DNA from: Paraspadella gotoi
Taxonomy: Eukaryota; Animalia; Chaetognatha
Length of the DNA stretch: 64,000 bases
Reading direction: 5' to 3'
NCBI GenBank assembly: GCA_051294375.1
Contig: CM119264.1
Location: forward strand, 14,221,515-14,285,514
Numbering within the stretch: the stretch's first letter is position 1; every line of letters begins with the position of its first letter. The translations under genes were made by a program, and so were the position numbers. Shown here piece after piece: positions 13,227 to 23,991 of this stretch. Below the pieces are notes generated by a model. That model was given only the letters and a program-made list of their open reading frames with translations. It was not told where the DNA came from and searched no databases.

Positions 13227-15085
13227 AGGAGATGGGAGATGAGAGAGAGTAGAGGAGAGGAGAGAGAGGAGATTGAGAGATGTGAGGAGAGAAGAGGAGA
13301 GAGAGGAGGAAGAGAGGAGAGGAGAGAAGAGAACAGAAGAAGAGAGAGAGAGAGACAGACAGGGGGAAAGCCGACACCCTCCTCAGCCCGCCGAGCCAAT
13401 TTGCATGTTGTTATTCTTTCTTTTTGGTGGACCGGGGTGGGAGAGACGAGAGGAGGAGAGAAGAGAGAGAGGAGAGAGAGAGAAGAGAGAGGATAGAAGA
13501 GACGGAAGAGAGAGAGGAGGAAGGCTCCCCTGGCGGAAGGAGGAGAATTGAATCGAAGGGCCCCCGCCTGGGTGGAGGGAAAGAAAAGAGAAAGCAGAGA
13601 TCTGGATGACGGGCGTGGATGTTGTTGTGTGATTATTAAAGAAGGACAAAGAGTGGAAGGAAAAATAAATAGAAAAGCTCGTGGTTTTGAGGCCTATATT
13701 TTCTAAAAGCGACCCGCGTTTTCGGCTTTGGAATTCAGAAAAACGTTAGTGGGTTATGTAGGGTTGCAATTTGTAATTGGTTTGTATTTAAATTTTTTTT
13801 TATTCTAATGACGAATCATTTTCAGGCAAGGCTAGTTTGGATTGAAAGGCTTATTCGTTCGGGTTTAAAATTAAAAAAAATTCGTTATTTATATTATAAA
13901 CCAAAAAAAAGTTAATAAATGTAAAAATTTTATTTTTAAAATCTAAAGATAAGGTTAAAGAAAAGGGATGGGTTAAGGTATTAATGCATTTAAGTCATTA
14001 GGAAATTACCAGTTTAAGTTAATATTCGTGTGCTTGTGATATTATAAAACCTTTCTTTTCGTTGCGTTTGTTATGGGACGAACACCGATTAGAAGACAGT
14101 TTGGAGTTTAGTTTTGAAGTTTTTACAACGATTTTTATTTAATTCAAAACCCAGACTTGTATGTTCGGCTTCATTTCATCCCTTCATCAGTCGTTTAGTG
14201 AACTTTTTGAAAAATATTTTTTTGTAAAGGAAGAGGAGGGGAGAAAGACGAGAAAATAAACAGGAGGTGATGAGAGAGGGCGGGATTAGGAGAGGGCCAA
14301 AACGTTTCCAACACAGAAGTTTAGGAAGGACCAGGTGGTCAATGGTGAGGGACAGGCTGAAATTGAGAAAAGACCACAGAGATTAAGTGTTTGAAAAGAA
14401 GTGAAAATGGTTGTTTGAAAAGAGGATGAGAGAGAGGAGAAGAGAGAGGAGAGAGATATCAGAGAGAGAGAGACAGGAGAAAAAAAAACAGTTGCAAAAT
14501 CTTTCACATTGGGTAATGTTATAACAATAATAAAAGTTTTAAACTGATGAATATTAGTGAATCTATAACATAAATTCTACTTAATAATTTTAGCGAGAAT
14601 GAAACAGGGGGGAAATTAAATTGAAAGGATTAGATTTGAAGAGATGAAGTCCTCTCGGCCAACATACTCGAAAAAACCCGTCGACTCCTTCCTCAACAAA
14701 AAGGGAAACAGAATCTCCACGGTCACCTGAGAAATTTAATCAGCGTCCTCGACATCGTGGTCCTTCATCCTTTGGGAGAAAAAAACCCCTCACCCATTTG
14801 TTCGAAAAACGTCTCTCTTGGACATCACCCCTGCTCTTCATTTTCTTCTCTTCTTTGTCTCCTCTCGATATTTCTTTCTTCATCTTGGATCCTTACTTAC
14901 CCGTATTTCTCGCTCTCCCATACAAAAAATTTCCACTATTTTTTCTCGAAGACGGTTCCGAACTAACTGCCGTGAAGGCGGAGGTCGATTAGGTCTTTTG
15001 AAATTGTATCGCTTAGGGCTCCCTTCGAGCGCGCGAAAGCATGTCTGTTTTTGATCCTAGTATAGATAAAACATCGTTCCCTCTC

Positions 15086-15128
<43 letters not shown>

Positions 15129-15965
15129 CTCTCCTTCTCTCTCTCTCTCTCTCCTCTCTCTCTAAAACATATCACAGATTCTTGTTCGGATTGATGTTTT
15201 CTCGCCCCCAGCCCACCACCAGCCTCCTCTCTCTTCGGCTGGTTTAACATATTCGCCAATTCAGAACGCGGATTAGAATAGGAATTGCCNNNNNNNNNNN
15301 NNNNNNNNNNNNNNTTTTTTTCCAATTTTTCCTCAAATTTTTTTTTCTCTATGCTTATTTCTCCCCGCAACTCATCCTCGCAAGTTAAAACGTTTCCATC
15401 TTTCGCGTCGATCGATTTTAAAAGATATCCCCGGATGTTCACTCGGCTGCCATGAACTTTGATCCGAATGAGATTGGGATTGCCGTTGACTCGGAGTTTT
15501 GTTGGAACTTATAATAATATTGTAGTTTCGAGGATTTATAGTACATCTAAGTAGACCTCTTTGCAACCAGATATTAATTCAACTACTTTTCCTCGTCTCC
15601 TCAAGATTATCGCCTGCGTCGAGAATTCAAGTTATCGCGAAAAGAAATTTTCGTTTTAACGAACATTAAAAAGCGAAACTCTTTCGTTAAAAAGTCTTCC
15701 TCATGCAAATGAACCGGATTTAACGTCCCCGGGGTCTGTATGCAAATCGACATTTGGACTCAAAAATCGAGACCCCCCAAAAAGGCGCCTTCCTTTCCTT
15801 TCCCTTTCTTCTTTTTTTTTTCTTTTTGTTTCTTTCCCTTTTTCCATTTTTTTCTTTTTTCTTTTTTTTTTTCTGATGTGATTTCTAAGCCTACCAGCGA
15901 CGATTTCCATTCGACACAGTTTTCTGCTTTTTCATTCAGACCCTCATGAATTTTGAGGAGAGAGA
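7200..15965 (+). repeat. Left arm of giant inverted duplication
   Basis: Reverse-complement colinear with 15991-25686, e.g. 7200 gccgaaaggaaaaaagg vs 25686; 10981 gacgacgttcaacgtgaaacc vs ~21980-22000; 12800 gagaatcaccggtgcatcccgg vs ~19795-19815; 15720 ttaacgtccccggggtctgtatgc vs ~16290-16310. Confidence 0.92.
14653..15060 (+). repeat. Noisy second copy of ~12949-13190 upstream of a 25-N gap
   Basis: agggaaacagaatctcc and ccttcatcc(t)ttgggagaaaaaaaccc(c)tcacccatt occur at both ~12990-13070 and ~14700-14800; the later copy has many inserted bases. Segment 13222-14650 has no counterpart in the right arm. Confidence 0.7.
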
Positions 15966-16417
15966 NNNNNNNNNNNNNNNNNNNNNNNNNAGAGCTCTCT
16001 CTCTCTCTCTCGTCTCTTCTCTCTCTCTCTCCTCTCTCTCTCTCTCTTCTCTCTTCTCTATCTCTCGTCTTCCTCAAAATTCATGGAGGGTCTGAATGAA
16101 AAGCAAAGAAAACTGTGGGTCCGAATGGAATCGTCGCTGGTGCTTAGAAATCACATCAGAAAAAAAAAAAAGAAAAAAGAAAAAAATGGAAAAGGGAAAG
16201 AAACAAAAAGAAAAAAAGAAGAAGAAAGGAAGGAAAGGAAAGGCGCCTTTTTTGGGGGGGTCTCGATTTTTGAGTCAAATGTCGATTTGCATACAGACCC
16301 GGGGACGTTAAATTCCGCGTTTTTTTCAATTTGTTGCATGAGGAAGAACTTTTTAACGAAAGAGTTTCGCTTTTTAAATGTTCGTTAAAAACGAAAATTT
16401 CCTTTTTCCGCAGATAA

Positions 16418-16854
16418 GACACAATGAAAATGGCGTAACGTTTACTGTTCGTGCATAAAAAAATTCACTGTTCAATATTTTATATTTCTTTTTATTTTTG
16501 AAACGTTAAGTTTTCAGTATGCTGATATCCAAAATATCATGCAAAATCTTTTTTTGTTTTTTGATATGACTGAATATAGGGTGAAAGATAGATTAAATTT
16601 TTTTAAAAAGTTAACTTATTCATATTATTCATAGAATTGTAATAGCAAAAATTTAAAAAAATAATAGTAACTAATAGTTATGTTATGTCTCAAATTTTAG
16701 ATGGAAAAAAAAACCTCATTAAAATTCGATCGGGGAAGTGGGTAACTAAGGCTTTTACCAATGGCATCCTCCACGCCGATTGTTCTCCCCCCCCCCTCCC
16801 CCCCCCCCCCCCCCCCCCCCCCCCCCACCCCCCCCCCCCCGCCACCCCCCCCCG

Positions 16855-16899
<45 letters not shown>

Positions 16900-16905
16900 T
16901 ATCCC

Positions 16906-16965
<60 letters not shown>

Positions 16966-18879
16966 ACCCCCCCCTCAAATAATTTTTTTTAATTTAATAC
17001 AATTTGAAAAAGGGGAAAAAAAGAAAAATTTGGAATTCAGGTTGCAGAAAGGGTACAGAATAATCTGGACTTATTGACATGATAACCATGACTTTTAATA
17101 TTTGTGAAATAGGGGCAGTAAAGGAAATCTAAAAAATTTATCATTAAGTCAGTCAAGTAACCTTTCCAAATGTGCTATTACGAGAAGAATATTTTTTCTT
17201 AATTAAAAATTGGAAGTGAATATAATAAAATTAATCCCTTGCTATATTTAAAAAAAAAATTATCAAATACAAATTAAACACAATGATGTTTTGCTTTTGT
17301 CAATTGTTACGCAGCTTATAATTTTTTCAACTTAATATGAATAAACAAGCAGTGTGTCAAAGCTTTTAGTTGCAGTTAAGAATAATGAAAAAATAAACGA
17401 TTTTTTTTTCACAGACAAGAAGTAGATGTCAAGACTGTTTATATCAAAGCTGAAAACATTTTTGTAATTTATCATTTTTAATATTTAAAAATATATTTTA
17501 TCAAGCTACAACATAAATTTTTGCTTGTTTTTTTACTTTACTGAAAATAAAGCAATTGTATGGAATAAAAAAAAATTTAATAATAACAAAATGTATCGTC
17601 TTTTCCTTTTTCAAATTTAGAAAGAAAAGAAAAATTTCATATGTCTTTTCATTGAAATTTTACCAAAAAACTGTTATACTTTTAACTCTGATTTAAACAA
17701 AAGCTGTGTAAAGATTAATGGATTTAATATAATAATCTTTTTAGAAAGGTGGTCAGACATGATTAGGGCTTTACATTTGATACACATACACCTTGCTACC
17801 TCTTTTCTTTCAAAATTATTTAAAAAAATAATGTTTTTAAATACTCAGTACAAATCTTTGTTAATAAAAATATTCGGCAGAAGCGGGAGTATCTTCACTT
17901 ATTTCTGTTGGTACAATACCTTAAGATTTCAAAATAAAACTTGAAAGAAAATTTTTTCTGTTATGTTTAGAGAACATATCACTTTCAGATGTACCCAATC
18001 GTATAATTACATTTTATTTATTTATTCCCCAAAAAAGCCTAATTAGAAAAGCTGAAATTTTTTTCAAATTGTTGGGAAAAAAATTTATCGACCTATGCTC
18101 ATTGAGAATAATGGTTTGCATAAGAAAATAAAAATATCAAAAAATAAAAAATCAGCCTCTAGAAAAATCGAAAGGCTAAAGGCTGATTTTTTAGAATTGC
18201 ATAAATTTTTGTTCCTGAAACTCATATCCATTACTTCTCAAAGTTTCAAAAATATTTTTTTTTTCCAAAAATCATCAACAATTTTTTTTTATTAATTTAA
18301 AATGTTTTTATGATGTTTATTTTTGTTTGAAAAGATTGAAAAAAGAGAAAATATAAAGTAATTTATAAGGTTTTTGGAAAATACCTTTAAAATATTATAA
18401 TTAGACACAAGGGCGAGTAAAGCAGAGAAAACTTCCATTCATAAAGAAAATTGAAAATGAATTTGTCATATTGTTATTTAGATTAATGGATAATTCAAAC
18501 AAATCGGATTTATATAAATTTGAGGAAATGATGGGTAAAAAATATTCGATTCTTGGTGTCGGTTAACTATAGGTTATCGTTAAAGTTTTGTTTTAGAATA
18601 ATATTAATATTTTTTTTGCATTTATAAAAGCAATGGTCTAAAATTTTTTGTAAGCGATCCGGATCTAATATTGCTTCAATCTTTTTGTAACTAATTTTTG
18701 ATCTAGTTAGCTTTTTTTGTTGATGTCAAGGGTTATGGTCAGATACAGATATGTCCATAGATGTAATATCGCACATATTACCAAAAGTCAGTTGATCAAT
18801 TAAATTTGGGCTCAGAAATGATTTTCAAGGGAACAAAATCAGCACGAGACCGTTTTCGCCCGTTATTTTTCATTGTGTC
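16418..18879. mobile_element. Non-autonomous TIR DNA transposon (~2.46 kb), 4-bp TSD ATAA, superfamily unassigned
   Basis: Termini GACACAATGAAAA (16418-16430) and TTTTCATTGTGTC (18867-18879) are perfect 13-bp inverted repeats; ATAA flanks both sides (16414-16417, 18880-18883); the mirrored site in the left arm (attcaagTTATcgcgaaaag, ~15625-15644) has a single copy of the 4-mer and no insert. Confidence 0.8.
16786..16975. repeat. ~190-bp near-pure poly(C)/poly(G) tract
   Basis: Seen directly; gives the poly-Pro and poly-Gly ORFs. Length unreliable. Confidence 0.9.
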
Positions 18880-19336
18880 ATAACTTGAATTCTCGACGCA
18901 GGCGATAATCTCCCTGGAGGAGACGAAGGAAAAGTAAGTTGAATTAATATCTGGTTGCAAAGAGGTCTACTTAAGATGTACCAATAAAACCTAAAACTAC
19001 AATGATTATTAAAAGTTCCAAAACAAAACTCCGAGTCAACGGCAATCCCAATCTCATTCGGAATCAAAAGTTCATGGCAGCCGAGTGAACATCCGGGGAT
19101 ATCTTTAAAATCGATTCGAGGCGAAAATGGAAACGTTTTAACTTGAGAGGATGAGTTTTGCGGGGAGAAATAAGCATAGAGAAAAAAAAAAATTTGAGGA
19201 AAAAGTGAAAAAAAGGAATTTCTATTTCTTAATCGCGTCTGAAATTGGCGAATATGTTAACCAGCCGAAGTGAAAGAGGAGTGGGTGGCTGGGCGAGAAA
19301 ACAATCAACCGAACAAAGAATCTGTGAATATGTTTC

Positions 19337-19425
<89 letters not shown>

Positions 19426-19941
19426 ACAAGGAACCCCTCGACAGGAGCCAACGAAAGCCACCGCTTCGTCTCCGTCTTCGATGGGAAAATGGGCGAATCG
19501 GGTAAGTCGTAATCGGGAGAAAAAGATATCGGGGATTCGAAGACTGAAATGGGGTGAGGGTTTTTTTTCACACCAAAGATCGAAGGCCGATGTCGAGACG
19601 GAATCTCGGGTGACCAGGAGATTCTGTATTCCCTTCTTTGTGAGGAGGACGCGACGGGTCTTCGAAGTTGGCGCCGATAGGGGGGCGTTGAGGTCGAAGC
19701 AGCTGATTTGGGCGAGAAGATGATGGTCGCTTTTATTGCCGATCGCATCGGCGAGGAAAATCTGTGATCAGGTTCGGAGAATGAAACGGATGCCGGGATG
19801 CACCGGTGATTCCTCAAGACGATTAAAGATTAAATAGTTGAGGTGAGCAATTGCTGAGCTCGACATCATACAAATCATGAGAAACGGATGATGATTCAAT
19901 CGTTTGACCTTCGACCATTCCCCTCAAACCTCCGGCGCTTA

Positions 19942-20272
19942 TGACCGACCGACCGCCCGACCGACCGAACCGACCGGATCCGACCGACCGTACACCGACG
20001 ACGAGCCACCGACGACCGAGCGACCGACCGCCAGAACCGACCGACCGACCGCCGGGACCGACCGAACCGCCGCACGACCGACCGACCGACGACTCGACGA
20101 CGACCGACGACCGCGATCCGACCGACCGAGTCCGATGGACCGACCGACGACCGCCGACGATCCGACCGAGACGACGCGACCGACCGCCGATCTGATCCGA
20201 CCGAACCGATCCGACCGACCGACCGACCGCCGTACCGACCGCGACGCGGACCGACCCGAGAACCGACCCGAC
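19942..20272. repeat. Degenerate (GACC)n tetranucleotide array
   Basis: ccgaccgaccga... repeats; mirror position in left arm is the N-gap 12446-12673 flanked by cggtcggt. Confidence 0.9.
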
Positions 20273-21904
20273 AAGCAAAGAACCGGAATCTTGGGCGAGA
20301 ATTAAGGAAGAGAATGTCTAGCGGATGCGTTTATTCGAAGATTTCACACTTGGGTTCTTTCGACGCAGATGGGGCGTCGGTCTGTCAGGTCTGTCCGTCT
20401 GTTCCGTCTGTCCCGTCTGTCGATACAGTCTGCCTATTCAATCTCATATCTTCCATGTCATTCTTTACTCATCTTTCTACTGTCGATTGTCAATTTATAA
20501 CAGAGTAAATATTCATTATTTAATTATTGAAAACTACACTGCAAACCTACACTGCGACGCAAAAAAAGTATCCACTTTTAACTTTTTTTACATCGAAAAA
20601 AACCGTATTGGTGACTGAATTCTACAAAGACATAAAAGCACAAAACAAAGCTTATTGAAGATGAAAGCAATGGTCCCAATCCCAAATAAAAGCGAGCAAA
20701 AGCGGTCGAAAGTTATAGGACGTCAAATTAATTGGTCCCAAAAAAAGAAATTAGTTTTTTTTTTTTTTTAGTCAACAAGAGTCAATAACTTTTCCCTATT
20801 ATAAAATATTTATAATATGAAAATTCGCCTGGGATTCAGCATAGAATATCTGTAGGGATAGGTGTCAACTGGCATTTTTATCCTAAAAGAATTAAATAAA
20901 GTAAGCGGCTATAATAGAAAAACAATCTTTTATCATCAGTCAGAAAGAAGTCATTAACCTTAACCTCCAAAAAAATTCACTTTTTATCAAAAATTTAAAA
21001 AGAAATAGTTGTGGGATATTTAAAGCTAACAAGTGCGGCCGCAATGTAAGATAGAAACGTTCGAATCGTCGTTTGACTAGGACATTAGAAAAAGATCAAC
21101 AAGGAAGTTTTTTTTTTTTTTTTTTTTTTTAATACCGCAAAAGAAGGAAAGTGAATTCGCTTTCCATTTATCGTCGTTGTGACATTTTCTATGGCGTCTT
21201 CTTCTTTTTTAATTCTTTCGTAAGCTCGTTTCATAGTTTCGGCAGCCCTGTCGCTTAAGAATCTTCATCGTTGTCGTCTTCCATACATCGTCTTCAATCA
21301 TCATCGTGTCGTCTTCAATCATCGTCTTCATGAGCGTCGTCGTCGAATCGTCTTCCAATCATTTCTCGCTCCAGTCACAGTAAGTTAATTACGGAGTTAT
21401 TCATATCAGGAGGCCCTGGCCGCTTGAACTGAGTTCACCGATCAATCATTCCCTTTTATAAAGACCTCCCCCTTCCACCTTTTCCCCTTTTTCTCTCTCT
21501 CTCATCTTTCTCATCTCACTCCTCTCTCTCCTCTCTCTCCTCTCTCTCTCTTCTCTCCTCTCTTCTTCTCTCTCTCTCGTTCTCTCTCTCTCCTCTCTAT
21601 TTCATCTCTGGTCCACAATCAGTTCGTGAGACGCGCGAAGGCTGGTCTTTTTGACCCCCACACACCGACCCGCAGAACCGGCCTCCTAGGACTCATAACC
21701 CATACCCGACCCTCCACTCCCGCCCTCAAGCGCCCCATCCTTCCGCCCGCCCCCAAGCGCCCCCCCACCACCTCTCGTAGTTCTCTCAATCACCCATTTT
21801 TTGCTCACTCATGATTTTTCTGCACGGTCGGGTGGGTCTGTAACTCATACAATGGCCGCTTGACTGAGTTCACCGATCAATCATTCCCTTTATAAACCCC
21901 CCTT

Positions 21905-21947
<43 letters not shown>

Positions 21948-22557
21948 CTCTCTCTCTCTCTTTCTCTCCGTATCGAAATGGTTTCACGTTGAACGTCGTC
22001 ACGAATTCAGAATCGCGGTTCGTTTCACAGGAGGAATTTGTCTGGCCGACAATGTTCTGATTTGTCTGACCGACTTTTAGCCATTTCGTCCTCGTCGCTC
22101 TCTCTTGGCACAGGGCCTTTAACTTGGCCTCGAGCAGATTTTACAGGCTTCAACTTGGTTGTTTCTCCGTTATTATCGGCGTATAGTCGCTCATTTGAAA
22201 GAAATATACATACGTCTGTAATGCTTGTGGCCCTTGTCATTAATACGGCTTGCGAGGTACTTTTAAAAAGAAAGCATTTAGTAGGGATTGCACTTTTACG
22301 GTGGAATCGGAGCAAATAGAAGTTAAAAAATAATTTTATAGTATAAACAGCTATAAACATTGCCACTATTGAAACATGAGAGAATATTTGTTTTTTCAGG
22401 GGAAAGAAGAACATTTTTAACTTTTTTGAAGAAAAACAAAAAGGGAAACGCGCGTCGAGTAAACTTCTTAATGGACCTTTTTTCCGATTGAAAAAACAAA
22501 TCTTGGAACTAAATCGAGTGATAGAAAGAGAGAGAGAGAGAGATAGAGATTGAGAGT

Positions 22558-22590
<33 letters not shown>

Positions 22591-23789
22591 AGACAGGAGA
22601 GACAGAGAAAAGAGAGAGTAAAACACTGATAATTGATCCGTTGGCAGGTAAACTGTGAGATAAAGAGTGAAACAAACCCTGCAATCGAACAGCAGAAATA
22701 TAGAAAATTAAAAATACATGAATTAAGAGGAATAATAAATAATAAAAAGGATATAAATAATAATATAGTTCAGATCTCCATTAACAATATTTACAATAGT
22801 TTATTTTGTATTCATCTTTTTTTTCGTTCATTTCTAAACAATTCCAAACTCAACAGATCAAACGAGAAAAAACAGAATCAGACCCTACAAAGTCGCTTGT
22901 CTTTTTTCTTATCTGAACTCCGCCCACCTAAGTATTTTTCCTCTTCATCCCTCGACCACACTCGAGTTTTGTTTGCTGAAATGGAGACATCCCCTCTCCT
23001 CTCACAGAGCCCCCCCCCCTCCGAGTCCCCCCCTCCGCCTTCAGAGACGAGATTTCTCCTCCACCGAATTGGCTTCTCCAAAGTTTTCCGTCGCCATTTC
23101 CAGTCGCGCGACATTTTTAGAGTCGAACGCGATTCGAAGACTCGCGTGGGCCTCGGGGGTTTTTTTTGTTTTTTTTGTTTGTTTTTTTTTTTTTTTTTTG
23201 TTTTTTTTTATTGTTTCAACAAAGCGAAAAACAATTGAGGAAACAAAATAGTCTTCTATCGTATCTTTGGTTAAAATAATCGAAATGGCACACAAAAATT
23301 GTTATCCCCTGGATTTTCCTTCAAATTCCGGTCATCCCTAATGTTCTCTTTTAATGTACATTTATTTCATCTTATATCGCAAACTTTTTCTCTATTTTTT
23401 TTTTTCCGCCACCCGTTGGTCATTGCGTTAAACTTCCCGACTTCCGTCCGCCCGCCTCCCCCACCGCTCCGTGTTTCTTAATTTTCTTCGTCTTTGCTTT
23501 CGCCTTCCCCGCTCGCTTTGTAATTTCGCGCTTTTATCGCTTTCCGCTTTTTTTCTCTTTTTTTTTTCTCTCTCTTTTTATTTCTTTTCCTTTCTTTTGT
23601 TCTCTTTCTTTTCTTTTTCTTTTCTTTCTGTTCTCTTTATTTTTTTTATTTCTTTCCTTTTTTCTTTTTTTTCTTTTTCCCTACCGTGATCTCCTTTCCT
23701 TTCCTCCAACGTTTTATCTTTCTTCGTCTATTTCTGTCAATGCGCCTTCCACAGTTTCCATGTTTCTTTCTTTACACCTTTTCCATTCT

Positions 23790-23821
<32 letters not shown>

Positions 23822-23938
23822 CTCTCTCTCATCTCTCTCTCTCTCTCTCTTTCTCTTCTCCCTTCAAGCTCAATCCATGTTTCTTTCTTTACACCTTTTC
23901 CATTCCTTCTTCTCTCTCTCTCTTTCTCTTCTCCTCTT

Positions 23939-23991
<53 letters not shown>

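Noticed and set aside
14150-14195. Minus-strand CTGATGA...CCGAAC...GTC resembling a minimal hammerhead ribozyme
   Set aside because: GAAA core is incomplete, stems pair poorly and the region is low-quality sequence.
15635-16414. ~780-bp hairpin read as a stand-alone foldback/MITE inserted at TA
   Set aside because: Better explained as the centre of the giant palindrome. Treating 16418-18879 as the insertion gives perfect TIRs and an exact ATAA TSD, whereas the MITE reading needs a mismatch and leaves the spacer unexplained.
16685-17077. Poly-proline (formin/extensin-like) ORF
   Set aside because: Comes from a C homopolymer, open in every frame, with no flanking domain.
18420-19080. Minus-strand frameshifted reading including VDLFATRY (DIRS-like) and running into the spacer
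   Set aside because: The motif is followed immediately by a stop in both arm copies, and the reading crosses a transposon boundary at 18879, so it is unlikely to be one gene.
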